Positions 50,527-59,521 of a DNA stretch of 64,000 nucleotides are shown piece by piece. How positions within the stretch are numbered: position 1 is the first letter of the stretch; each line of letters begins with the position of its first letter. Source of the DNA: a virus; the IMG/VR virus record IMGVR_UViG_3300010885_023630, positions 62,981 through 126,980 of that record; one strand, 5' to 3'. The notes under the pieces are model-generated. The model searched no databases and was not told the origin of the DNA. It worked only from the letters and a program-made list of their open reading frames with translations. The position numbers and the translations under genes were made by a program.

Positions 50527-51490
50527 GTTAGTTGAACATTCCTTCCCTCCACGTCCCGGGTATCCTAACGTATTTGAATTAACTACAATACCAAACGAAA
50601 TTTGGATCGGCGACCATTGTAACGGTTTCCTGCCTGATAGAACAAACGCAGTATTCAACTATGTATCTGCTATGGCTAAACAGCCAACTACAGTACACTA
50701 TTGTCAAGTATTTGACGAATCAGTTAAAAGCAAATATCCTAATTTAAATTTTAAATTTAGAATGTTTAACCCGATGTGGCAAGCATTTGAAAATTACACA
50801 GCTAAACCTGATCACGAGTTTAAAAATTTTGTTTGTAGCTTTAATGGCAGTCCACACGCATCACGTAAATTACTAACTGCTGGCCTACATAAGTTTGGGT
50901 GGTTTAATCCTACATACTGTAGTAAAAATTTTATAGCTTCTCGTAATGAAATTGATGGCGAAATACAAAATCATTGCCCCGCTGAATTAGAACCTATATA
51001 TCGTAAATTTATTCTTAGTGACAGACCTGATGCTGATCAATTTTACAATACATCAAGCGGGTTTGGGTTTGTTAGACAAGACCACGGCTCTAATGTAAAA
51101 GGTTTACAAAACAAATTAACACAATCATTTGTACACGTTGTTAGTGAAACAGTTGGGCATAGTTATTATCCTTATGTTACTGAAAAGTTTTTATATAGCG
51201 TAGTAACACGTGGATTATTTGTTGCCTATGCTCAACCAGGGTGGCACAAACACCTGGCACAATACTACGGATTCAAACCTTATACACGATTGTTTAATTA
51301 TACATTTGATTCAATTGAAAGTCCTGTGGTACGTTTAGTTGAGTTGTTTAGTATGTTATCTAAGTTTAGTAAATTATCAGAATACGATTGTCACGACCTA
51401 TACTTAATGGAACAAGATACTATTAACTATAACTACAATCACTATTTTACTAAAGGCTATTTAAAGGTGCTACATGACCAATTACAATAG
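50519..51490 (+). CDS. glycosyltransferase-like protein (paralog 3)
   Basis: 'VCSFNGSPHASR', 'VVSETV...YVTEKF', 'GFKPY..F.Y.FD'. Confidence 0.55.
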   Translation: MTELVEHSFPPRPGYPNVFELTTIPNEIWIGDHCNGFLPDRTNAVFNYVSAMAKQPTTVHYCQVFDESVKSKYPNLNFKFRMFNPMWQAFENYTAKPDHEFKNFVCSFNGSPHASRKLLTAGLHKFGWFNPTYCSKNFIASRNEIDGEIQNHCPAELEPIYRKFILSDRPDADQFYNTSSGFGFVRQDHGSNVKGLQNKLTQSFVHVVSETVGHSYYPYVTEKFLYSVVTRGLFVAYAQPGWHKHLAQYYGFKPYTRLFNYTFDSIESPVVRLVELFSMLSKFSKLSEYDCHDLYLMEQDTINYNYNHYFTKGYLKVLHDQLQ

Positions 51491-52277
51491 CACTAATCCT
51501 GTTATACTACAGTTTACTAGATTTGCTGGTGGTAAGTTCTTTGGACAATGTTTAGCATTAAGCAGACACGCAGTACCACAAGATAGAAAAATGGCAGAAT
51601 ACCTAATGGAAAATCCGTTAGACTACGAGTATAGGATTAACTGTTTAAAAGTAACGCTACCACCAAGCCGCGAAGAAATGGGCAATTGGATTAACAAATA
51701 TGAGTTAGGTGATACTCAACTATTTGGCCCATCACATGAACAATGGAAGGATAAAGGTAAACGTGAAGCCAATACAGTAACTGAACGTTTATCTAATAGC
51801 AAGTACAAGTTTTTTATTGTAAACCACGCCTATGAAAATTTACCAAATTTATTAAATGTTTGGCCCAACTCTACAATAATATTGTTTACTAATTTTAGAA
51901 AGTTCTTTGACGTAGCATCAGTTCTTAAATCTAAGAGACCAGAAACAATAGCAGAACACGCAGGCAATTACTATGAAGAACATTACAATATGTTAAAAGG
52001 CCCAAGTTGGCCTGTGTGGAAAGAATTTGAAACCGCGTTGTTTGACACACGCAATCTAGTAGGATACGAAACGGCAGTACTTGAGGATATCAACAAGTAC
52101 TACAAAATGAATCAAGTTAATGCACCTGTTATTAACTTTGATGTTGACGGGTGTATATTTGATGGAGACCGATTTACTGAAGAAATAAAACGGTTATACG
52201 ATATTCTGGGATTTGATGATTTTAACTCAGAATTAATCACGAGCATTTGGAAATCATATATAGCTTTACACCGTTAA
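51474..52277 (+). CDS. hypothetical protein, possibly sulfotransferase/P-loop-like
   Basis: 'FTRFAGGKF' N-terminal loop; 'Y..LKG.SWP' motif. Confidence 0.4.
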   Translation: MTNYNSTNPVILQFTRFAGGKFFGQCLALSRHAVPQDRKMAEYLMENPLDYEYRINCLKVTLPPSREEMGNWINKYELGDTQLFGPSHEQWKDKGKREANTVTERLSNSKYKFFIVNHAYENLPNLLNVWPNSTIILFTNFRKFFDVASVLKSKRPETIAEHAGNYYEEHYNMLKGPSWPVWKEFETALFDTRNLVGYETAVLEDINKYYKMNQVNAPVINFDVDGCIFDGDRFTEEIKRLYDILGFDDFNSELITSIWKSYIALHR

Positions 52278-52279
52278 GG

Positions 52280-52308
52280 TAGACTTAAATCAAAAACAGT
52301 AGTATACT
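52280..52308 (+). promoter_or_regulatory. sigma70-type promoter of the uvsX operon
   Basis: TAGACT-17 nt-TATACT. Confidence 0.55.
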
Positions 52309-52331
52309 ACATAAAACTTATAGGAACAATT

Positions 52332-53456
52332 ATGGCAATCACAAAACCTTTTGATGTATCAAAATTTCGCAAAAGCATTACTAAAAGCATCGACGGTATC
52401 TCCGTTGGCTTTACTGATCCTACAGACTGGATCAGCACAAACAATTACGCATTAAACTATTTGATCAGTGGAGACTTTAACAAAGGTGTTCCGCTAGGTA
52501 AAGTTACTGTGTTTGCTGGCGAGTCTGGCGCAGGTAAAAGTTTTATCTGTTCGGGTAACTTGGTTGCTAACGCACAGAAGCAAGGAATTTATGTTATCCT
52601 GGTAGATAGCGAAAACGCACTTGATGAAAAGTGGTTACACGCACTTGATGTGGACACAAGCGAAGACAAACTTCTCAAACTTAACATGGCCATGATTGAC
52701 GATGTGGGCAAGATGATTAGCGAGTTTGTTAAAGAATACAAAGTACTACCAGAAGATCAACGTCCCAAGGTTTTGTTTGTAGTTGACTCGCTAGGTATGT
52801 TGTTGACACCAACAGACGTTAACCAGTTTGAAGCAGGTGACATGAAAGGTGACATGGGTCGTAAGCCCAAGGCACTGGCTGCACTTGTACGTAATTGTGT
52901 AAATATGTTTGGTAGTTTAAATATTGGTTTAGTAACAACAGCACACACATACGCAAGTCAGGATATGTTTGATCCTGATGACAAGATCAGCGGTGGACAG
53001 GGTTTTATCTACGCTTCCTCTATTGTTGTAGCTATGCGTAAGTTGAAGTTGAAAGAAGACGAAGATGGCAACAAGATCTCAGAAGTTAAAGGCATCCGTG
53101 CCGCTTGTAAGATCATGAAAACACGTTACGCTAAACCTTTTGAATCAGTACAGGTTAAGATTCCGTATGAAGAAGGTATGAATCCCTACTCTGGTCTAGT
53201 AGACTTGTTTGAAGGAAAAGATCTTCTGAAGAAGGAAGGTAATAGTTTGGTATATACATTAGCCACAGGAGAAATCATTAAGAAGTTCCGCAAGGCATGG
53301 GAACGCAATGATGATACTTGTCTAGATCAAGTAATGGCCGACTATGTTGCTAATCCACATCAGAAACAATCTGTTGTTGATGAAATTGAAGCTGAAGTAG
53401 AGGCTATTGTTGAAGAAAAACCAAAGAAGTCTAAAAAAGAGGAAACAGCAGAATGA
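52332..53456 (+). CDS. uvsX: RecA-like recombinase UvsX
   Basis: Walker A GESGAGKS; 'DSENA'; 'VVDSLG'; 'SGG.G..YASS'. Confidence 0.93.
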   Translation: MAITKPFDVSKFRKSITKSIDGISVGFTDPTDWISTNNYALNYLISGDFNKGVPLGKVTVFAGESGAGKSFICSGNLVANAQKQGIYVILVDSENALDEKWLHALDVDTSEDKLLKLNMAMIDDVGKMISEFVKEYKVLPEDQRPKVLFVVDSLGMLLTPTDVNQFEAGDMKGDMGRKPKALAALVRNCVNMFGSLNIGLVTTAHTYASQDMFDPDDKISGGQGFIYASSIVVAMRKLKLKEDEDGNKISEVKGIRAACKIMKTRYAKPFESVQVKIPYEEGMNPYSGLVDLFEGKDLLKKEGNSLVYTLATGEIIKKFRKAWERNDDTCLDQVMADYVANPHQKQSVVDEIEAEVEAIVEEKPKKSKKEETAE

Positions 53457-53689
53457 GTATAGATATTGATGTACTAAGCGAAATGTATACTGTGCTAAAG
53501 CAGTATATTCCAGTTAAAGATCGTCAAGAAGCCGCCGATAATCTTATGAGCATAATGGTTGATATGTTGGGCGATATTGAACTTAAAGAGTTTGGCGCAA
53601 CAGACTCTATCTTACAACGTGCTCTTAAAGAATATACAGCATCTGATACGGACGAAGACGAAGACGAACCTTACGACTACGAAGATTAA
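53453..53689 (+). CDS. hypothetical acidic protein
   Basis: Coupled ORF between uvsX and uvsY. Confidence 0.65.
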   Translation: MSIDIDVLSEMYTVLKQYIPVKDRQEAADNLMSIMVDMLGDIELKEFGATDSILQRALKEYTASDTDEDEDEPYDYED

Positions 53690-54144
53690 TGTGGTATAAT
53701 AAGGTAGTTGGTAACCTAGGCGAGATTCCCGAGTTCATTGAATACTATGAAGGGGAACTTGCTTCAGCACGGGGTGATGTAAAGATTCGTGGCAAAGTTG
53801 AAAAAGAACTCAGCAACTTACCTGGCGAAACAGAACATAGATTTAATCAATTACAGGAAATTGAAGCGGTATTAGAATTTTTAAATATTCAACTACGTAA
53901 AATTCGACAAAAGCATTATAAAAAATATTTAGAAGGCTACGCCAGAGCATTAACAAGTCGCGATGCTGAAAAGTATGCCGAAGCCGAGGATGAAGTAATT
54001 GATATGGAAACAATTATTAACGAAGTTGCGCTACTACGTAACAAGTGGCTAGGTGTAATGAAAGGCATTGAAAGTAAAAATTTTATGCTAGGACACGTGG
54101 TTCGTTTAAGAACAGCAGGCATGGAGGATATTACAGTATCATGA
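53689..54144 (+). CDS. uvsY: recombination mediator UvsY-like
   Basis: Helical; 'KYLE.Y', 'KYAEAE.E', 'MKGI..KNF.L...V.LR.AG'; located next to uvsX. Confidence 0.75.
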   Translation: MWYNKVVGNLGEIPEFIEYYEGELASARGDVKIRGKVEKELSNLPGETEHRFNQLQEIEAVLEFLNIQLRKIRQKHYKKYLEGYARALTSRDAEKYAEAEDEVIDMETIINEVALLRNKWLGVMKGIESKNFMLGHVVRLRTAGMEDITVS

Positions 54145-54395
54145 CAGACTGGAAAGCTCGAGCAGATCAACTACTAGAAGAATTTAATTTGTGTATCAAA
54201 GCAAAACCAAAAAATAATGCTATCAGTATACAGCTAGAAAAAGACTCTGTGGCAAAATTTGCGTATCATCTAAGTACGCAACGCTCGTGGGGCGGCGAAA
54301 ATGAAATAGCCGAAGCATGTCATCAACTTGAACCAAGATTAGAAGAACTTAAGAAAAAATTAATTATAGAAATATTACAACATGGCCCTATTTAA
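54141..54395 (+). CDS. hypothetical protein
   Basis: Coupled ORF (ATGA overlap). Confidence 0.6.
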   Translation: MTDWKARADQLLEEFNLCIKAKPKNNAISIQLEKDSVAKFAYHLSTQRSWGGENEIAEACHQLEPRLEELKKKLIIEILQHGPI

Positions 54396-55137
54396 AAATC
54401 AATACGAAAGCCACGAGCATAGCTTAGAATTACTGAATGCTATCTACGGGTACGATACATTCTTAGACAATGTAACCACTGTAGCAGATATGGGGTGCGG
54501 CGCAGGACTTGATACCGAATGGTGGGCCACATTAAAAACACGTGACGAACCACCGGAACCACGCAACTATAAAGTTTATGCTGTTGATCAAAACATAAAT
54601 CAAATTGAGCCCGATATACTTGCCGCCAACCCTAATATTATTCCAATTGGTGGCAACTTTGAAGAACGTCGTGTACCGGTTGCTGTTGATTTAATTTGGA
54701 GCCATGATAGTTTTCAGTATACTCGAGATCCTGTTAAGTGTCTAACTGCATGGAGGAATACTTTAAATCTTAACGGTATGCTACTACTAGCAATTCCTCA
54801 AACTACCTTTATACAGAATAATCGATTGGTAATAAGCAATCATAGTCATCAATATTATAGTTATAATATTCTAAACTTAATGTACATGTTGGCCATTGCT
54901 GGCTTTGATTGTAGAGATGCGTATTTCTATCGCAAAGAAAACACTCCTTGGTTATACGCGGCGGTATATGCCAGCCCATACGGCCCTTTAGAAGGCCACG
55001 CAACATGGTATGATCTAGCAGAACGTAATTTAATCAATGACAGCGTAATTAACAGCGTAAACAAATACGGATATGCTCGTTTAGAAGATGTTGTAGTAAG
55101 TTGGTTGGATAAAAATTTATATCAAATAGTAAGCTAA
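54382..55137 (+). CDS. class I SAM-dependent methyltransferase
   Basis: 'VADMGCGAG' motif I; 'DLIWSHDSFQY'; 'L..NGML'. Confidence 0.85.
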   Translation: MALFKNQYESHEHSLELLNAIYGYDTFLDNVTTVADMGCGAGLDTEWWATLKTRDEPPEPRNYKVYAVDQNINQIEPDILAANPNIIPIGGNFEERRVPVAVDLIWSHDSFQYTRDPVKCLTAWRNTLNLNGMLLLAIPQTTFIQNNRLVISNHSHQYYSYNILNLMYMLAIAGFDCRDAYFYRKENTPWLYAAVYASPYGPLEGHATWYDLAERNLINDSVINSVNKYGYARLEDVVVSWLDKNLYQIVS

Positions 55138-55889
55138 TGAAAATTGTTATAGTAACTGGCGGCTTTGACCCAATACATTCTGGGCATATTAGCTATTTAA
55201 ATCATGCCGACCATCTAGGCGACCATGTTGTGGTTGGACTAAATTCGGACTCTTGGCTAGAGCGTAAAAAAGGTCGTGCGTTTATGCCCTGGCGCGAACG
55301 TATGATAGTATTAGACAATCTTCACATGGTAGGAGAAGTTGTCGAATTCAATGATGACGATGGATCTAGCGTAGATGCCATACGTAAAGTAAAAGAAAAA
55401 TACCCCAACGACCATATTATATTTGCCAATGGTGGCGACCGTACAAAAGATAACATTCCCGAAATGGTATTCGATGATGTAGAGTTTGTATTTGGTGTAG
55501 GCGGAGAAAACAAAGCCAATAGTAGTAGCTGGATTCTTGAAGAATGGAAAGCACCTAAGACAGAACGTCCTTGGGGTTACTATCGTGTACTACACGAAGT
55601 AGTTGGGACTAAAGTTAAGGAATTAACAATTAATCCTGGGCAAAGTATAAGTTTACAACGACATCAATTCAGACATGAATTCTGGCACGTTTCTGAGGGT
55701 GCTTGTACAGTAGAACAACGCATGGCCAGCGGATACGTATTGCCCAGTATAGAAATGACTAAACATCAACAGATTAGCATAGCAGTAGGGGACTGGCATA
55801 GGATATATAATCCATATGATGTACCTTGTAAAATAGTAGAAATACAGTATGGCGCACAATGCGTCGAGGCTGATATAGAACGTAAGTAA
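55137..55889 (+). CDS. nucleotidyltransferase (HIGH family, RfaE/TagD-like) fused to a mannose-6-phosphate-isomerase-type cupin
   Basis: 'TGGFDPIHSGH', 'ANGGDR'; 'RPWG.Y', 'SLQRH..R.E.W', 'EIQYG...E.DIER'. Confidence 0.88.
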   Translation: MKIVIVTGGFDPIHSGHISYLNHADHLGDHVVVGLNSDSWLERKKGRAFMPWRERMIVLDNLHMVGEVVEFNDDDGSSVDAIRKVKEKYPNDHIIFANGGDRTKDNIPEMVFDDVEFVFGVGGENKANSSSWILEEWKAPKTERPWGYYRVLHEVVGTKVKELTINPGQSISLQRHQFRHEFWHVSEGACTVEQRMASGYVLPSIEMTKHQQISIAVGDWHRIYNPYDVPCKIVEIQYGAQCVEADIERK

Positions 55890-55902
55890 TAAATACTATA
55901 CT

Positions 55903-57363
55903 ATGAGATATACACAGTTTAAAAAAATTGACGAAACTCCCGAGCAAGTTCGCGCTGAGATCGAGAAAAAGATTGAAAAAATCCCAGACGAGCCAGACTT
56001 GGTTGATGTATTAAAGTTTACCAACAAGTTTGCCCTTAAAAAGGACGTCTCAGCATTTACTACATTACGTAACTACAAAGATTTAGTTGCTAATGTATTC
56101 TTACAGGCCCTGGCGAATGCCAACTTGGACGAGCCCACAGTTAAAAAGTTTTTAAATAAATTAAGCACCGATGGCATCCTAAACGAAAAACTATTAATGA
56201 CTCCGGGTAAAGTAAACACTTACACAGAGTTAATTGATAAAGAATGGCAAACTACTTTTAATTTAATTAAAGGAGATTTGTTTGAAAAGATTTCTGGTAA
56301 GATTGGTGAAATGGGCGATGTTGGTAAAGGCGAGTACTTGTTAGATATTATTAGCCCACATGTTAATCGTCGTGGCGCACCTGGTGACTTGGATGTAGGT
56401 GGCGTTAAGATAGAATTAAAAGCTGGTGAAAGCGGTCGTGTTGGTCCTGCTGGCAGTCAAAGTCTAGTTGGTCGTTTCCAGCGTGAGTTCTTGCCTGCTG
56501 TTAAACACCTAGTACCTGCTTCGAGGTTAAAGATGATCCCCAAGGACAGTACAGAATTGGGCAAGATGTTTAACTTAAAACAAAACATGAGTGGCTTTAC
56601 TGCATTCTTTGGCAACGCCAAAGCAGTCAAAGAAGCATTAGCAGTGGCATTAAAAATGCACTACCCAGATTACAATGTAAAGACCATTGCCAACGCGGTA
56701 GTTGATGGAGCAGGTAACATCGATGGACAAAAACTCAAAGCAGAAATGCTTAAAGCATCGTTTACGGTATATCGTAATGCCAAAGAGTTTGATGGTATTA
56801 TCATTATGGATAGTGCTGTTACTAAATTCCTATACATTGACAGTCCCGAGTCTATGTACAATGCGGCTCCTATGCTTACTGTATCATTCCCAAGTTGGGT
56901 AGAAACACAAAGTAACGCAATGAAAGTTACATTGGGTGTCAACGCCGGTGTTGAAAAACTAGAAGTACCTAGCTTACCTCCACAGACTGCTAAGAAACCT
57001 AGTGCCGCCAAACAACAAGAACAATTGAGTCAGTTAGCAGCCAAGGTCCAAGACTATTGTACAAAACTTGCCGCTCAGTATAAAGTAACTGACCTACAAA
57101 CTATACAGTCGATGATAGAATTTGTAGTTAGTGAACTTACACGTGGTGTTGATGCTACTAAGATTAGACCAAAACTAGTTAAACGATTTGAGTTGGCCAA
57201 GAATCTTGCGGCACAAACAGAACCACCGGCGGCCGCACCAGACCAAATTGTTGCCGCACCAGCGCCAGCACCCGGACAAAGTCCAAATGTAATGGCACCA
57301 TCTGATCAAGTAGCACAAAGACAAAAACGAACTGCCCCACAAGCGGTAAGAGAACGTCGATAA
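55903..57363 (+). CDS. late protein with putative PD-(D/E)xK nuclease-like core
   Basis: 'GKGEYLL...GDLDVGGVKIELKA'; Pro/Ala-rich tail; TAAATA upstream. Confidence 0.5.
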   Translation: MRYTQFKKIDETPEQVRAEIEKKIEKIPDEPDLVDVLKFTNKFALKKDVSAFTTLRNYKDLVANVFLQALANANLDEPTVKKFLNKLSTDGILNEKLLMTPGKVNTYTELIDKEWQTTFNLIKGDLFEKISGKIGEMGDVGKGEYLLDIISPHVNRRGAPGDLDVGGVKIELKAGESGRVGPAGSQSLVGRFQREFLPAVKHLVPASRLKMIPKDSTELGKMFNLKQNMSGFTAFFGNAKAVKEALAVALKMHYPDYNVKTIANAVVDGAGNIDGQKLKAEMLKASFTVYRNAKEFDGIIIMDSAVTKFLYIDSPESMYNAAPMLTVSFPSWVETQSNAMKVTLGVNAGVEKLEVPSLPPQTAKKPSAAKQQEQLSQLAAKVQDYCTKLAAQYKVTDLQTIQSMIEFVVSELTRGVDATKIRPKLVKRFELAKNLAAQTEPPAAAPDQIVAAPAPAPGQSPNVMAPSDQVAQRQKRTAPQAVRERR

Positions 57364-57368
57364 AACAC

Positions 57369-57397
57369 TTGACACACAATCCTGTTTAATATACAAT
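57369..57397 (+). promoter_or_regulatory. sigma70 promoter for tRNA-Ile2
   Basis: TTGACA-17 nt-TACAAT. Confidence 0.85.
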
Positions 57398-57406
57398 AAG
57401 AACTTA

Positions 57407-57483
57407 GGGCCTATAGCTCAGTTGGTTAGAGCAGAGGACTCATAATCCTTTGGTCCCTGGTTCGAGTCCAGGTGGGCCCACCA
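57407..57483 (+). tRNA. tRNA-Ile2 (CAT, lysidine type)
   Basis: Cloverleaf; loop CTCATAA; resembles bacterial ileX; CCA encoded. Confidence 0.85.
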
Positions 57484-57494
57484 AATTGAAAACT

Positions 57495-58265
57495 ATGTTT
57501 TACGAAAAATTACCATTTACCATTGACGTTGAGCGAGCTAGATATGATTTAAATCATACTATATTGCCTCTTGGTGAACCTGTAATGCAAGGTGCCGAAT
57601 ACAACAGCACAGAGTATCATGGTTTTGGTGGGTACAGCGTTTTAAGCAGGACTGGAGATTGGCGCGATGGTTGGGAAATGGGACATATTGCTCACTCAGA
57701 AGCAAGACAGTATGTTTACCCAGACGGTATTCCTAACTATCGTGCGTTAAAGTATTTGAATTTTTCGCATGGGTTTGAACACAATACACCTACACAGGCG
57801 TATGTGGGAGAGATTCAGCGAATTGTTGAACAGTTGGCCAATAATGGATTTTATCCTAGACGGGCTCGTATAAGTTTAATGAAAGCAGGAGCAGTAACAA
57901 CAGTACATCAGGACGGATCAATTGATTCGTATATGGCAAGAGTTCATATACCTATTGTAACAAATGACGCTTGTATACATAGTTGCGAAGGAATAGATCT
58001 TCATATGCCGGCTGATGGTAGCGTATATATAATGTGGGTTAATCGGTTACATCAAGCAGTGAATACATCCACGCAAGATAGATATCATATATTGATGGAT
58101 GTGTATGATACAAATGGATTAACAGAAAATTTTAAATACGCAAAGGACATAAGTATACTACAACAAGAAGCAGATGCGTTTAGGCAAAAACTTGATGTTA
58201 TTACTTTATCTCCGGAAGAAATTGTAACATACGACGCTATAAAAGCTCAATTTATAAAGAAATAA
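57495..58265 (+). CDS. aspartyl/asparaginyl beta-hydroxylase-like 2OG-Fe(II) oxygenase
   Basis: HxD 'HQD', 'RVHIPIVTN', 'H.AVN....RYH'; start revised to MFYEK. Confidence 0.8.
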   Translation: MFYEKLPFTIDVERARYDLNHTILPLGEPVMQGAEYNSTEYHGFGGYSVLSRTGDWRDGWEMGHIAHSEARQYVYPDGIPNYRALKYLNFSHGFEHNTPTQAYVGEIQRIVEQLANNGFYPRRARISLMKAGAVTTVHQDGSIDSYMARVHIPIVTNDACIHSCEGIDLHMPADGSVYIMWVNRLHQAVNTSTQDRYHILMDVYDTNGLTENFKYAKDISILQQEADAFRQKLDVITLSPEEIVTYDAIKAQFIKK

Positions 58266-58266
58266 T

Positions 58267-58351
58267 GCCCCGATGGTGGAATTGGTAGACACGCTGGTCT
58301 TAGAAGCCAGTACCGCAAGGTGTGCGAGTTCAAGTCTCGCTTGGGGCACCA
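58267..58351 (+). tRNA. tRNA-Leu (TAG)
   Basis: Cloverleaf with long variable arm; CCA. Confidence 0.95.
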
Positions 58352-58369
58352 ATCAAATAGGAAACTGAT

Positions 58370-58771
58370 ATGTTAGAATGTTTAATCGCAGGCGATTCAA
58401 TAGCAGTTGGGGTTGCCAATGTAAGAAAAGAATGTGTCGCTTATGCCAAGGGTGGGATAAACTCCAAACAATGGCTAGATACAAATATTCAAAATACTCC
58501 TTTAATGGCCAAACATGTAATTATTAGTCTTGGCTCAAATGATCACAAGTATATTAAAACTGAAGAAGAGTTGCGTACCGTCAGACAGCTAACCAAAGCT
58601 GATAGAGTATACTGGGTATTACCCAGTACTAAATTTCCAGTTCAACGTGATGCTATTTGGCGAATTGCCAACGAGTACCACGATACCGTACTTAAAACTG
58701 AACGTATGCAAGCAGACAACGTCCACCCAAGTTGGGCCGGATACAAGGAAATAGCCAAGGCATCCGAATGA
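58370..58771 (+). CDS. small SGNH hydrolase
   Basis: GDS; 'SLGSND'; 'DNVHP'. Confidence 0.8.
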   Translation: MLECLIAGDSIAVGVANVRKECVAYAKGGINSKQWLDTNIQNTPLMAKHVIISLGSNDHKYIKTEEELRTVRQLTKADRVYWVLPSTKFPVQRDAIWRIANEYHDTVLKTERMQADNVHPSWAGYKEIAKASE

Positions 58772-59280
58772 AATGGGTTTCTGTAATACAGGAAATGATA
58801 CCTGAGTACGCCAAGGATGCTAAGATAAACCTTGACACAGTACTTAACAATGGCACAATACCCGCTGATGAATCTGAGGGTATAGCACTATCAGCGGCTC
58901 TTGCTACCGGTAATACCAAGTTAACAGCACTTATACAAAGCGATATGGAAAACGCAGTAGAGCGTGATGCGGCCTTGGGCATCGGTGTTTTAATGGCACA
59001 AAACAATGTATGGTATTCGTATGTTGATATGACACGAGATTTACAATTATCAGCATTGCCGGCTATGTTGCGTATGAGTATTACTGCCAACAACGGTGGA
59101 ACAACTAAAGAACGTTTTGAAGCATACAGCTTGGCCGCAAGTATTGTGGGAAAATGTCAATTTTGTACTAAAACGCACTACGACAACTTAAAAAAGTTAG
59201 GATATACAGTAGAGCAACTTCGTGATCTTGGACGTATTGTGGCTACCATTAATTCAATAGCAAAAGTTCTAAATAGCTAA
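58768..59280 (+). CDS. ahpD: alkyl hydroperoxide reductase AhpD
   Basis: 'IPEYAKD.K.NL', 'MAQNNVWY', 'FE..SLAASIVGKCQFC..H'. Confidence 0.9.
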   Translation: MKWVSVIQEMIPEYAKDAKINLDTVLNNGTIPADESEGIALSAALATGNTKLTALIQSDMENAVERDAALGIGVLMAQNNVWYSYVDMTRDLQLSALPAMLRMSITANNGGTTKERFEAYSLAASIVGKCQFCTKTHYDNLKKLGYTVEQLRDLGRIVATINSIAKVLNS

Positions 59281-59289
59281 CAAAACACA

Positions 59290-59318
59290 TTGACACAGTA
59301 TAGCGTTTAATATACAAT
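59290..59318 (+). promoter_or_regulatory. sigma70 promoter for tRNA-Leu(TAA)
   Basis: TTGACA-17 nt-TACAAT; flanks nearly identical to the promoter at 57369. Confidence 0.85.
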
Positions 59319-59342
59319 AAGACTTTAGTTAGCATACAAAAT

Positions 59343-59429
59343 GCGAGTATGGCGAAATAGGTAGACGCAAGAGACTTAAAATCTCTCGGGGGAGACCCCA
59401 TGCCAGTTCGATTCTGGCTACTCGCACCA
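59343..59429 (+). tRNA. tRNA-Leu (TAA)
   Basis: Cloverleaf with long variable arm; CCA. Confidence 0.95.
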
Positions 59430-59521
59430 TAAATATACTGTATAAAGCCCGGGATAAACACGCTCGGGTTAGCTAAAACGGCTAAATAAATACATATATA
59501 CACTCCCGGGAGAATTCCAAG

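Noticed and set aside
26390-59280. Longest-ORF starts at 27619(-), 27592, 30530, 31951(-), 37580, 38321, 38895, 39424, 57450 and 58732
   Set aside because: They overlap promoters, tRNAs or upstream genes; downstream ATGs fit Shine-Dalgarno or promoter geometry better.
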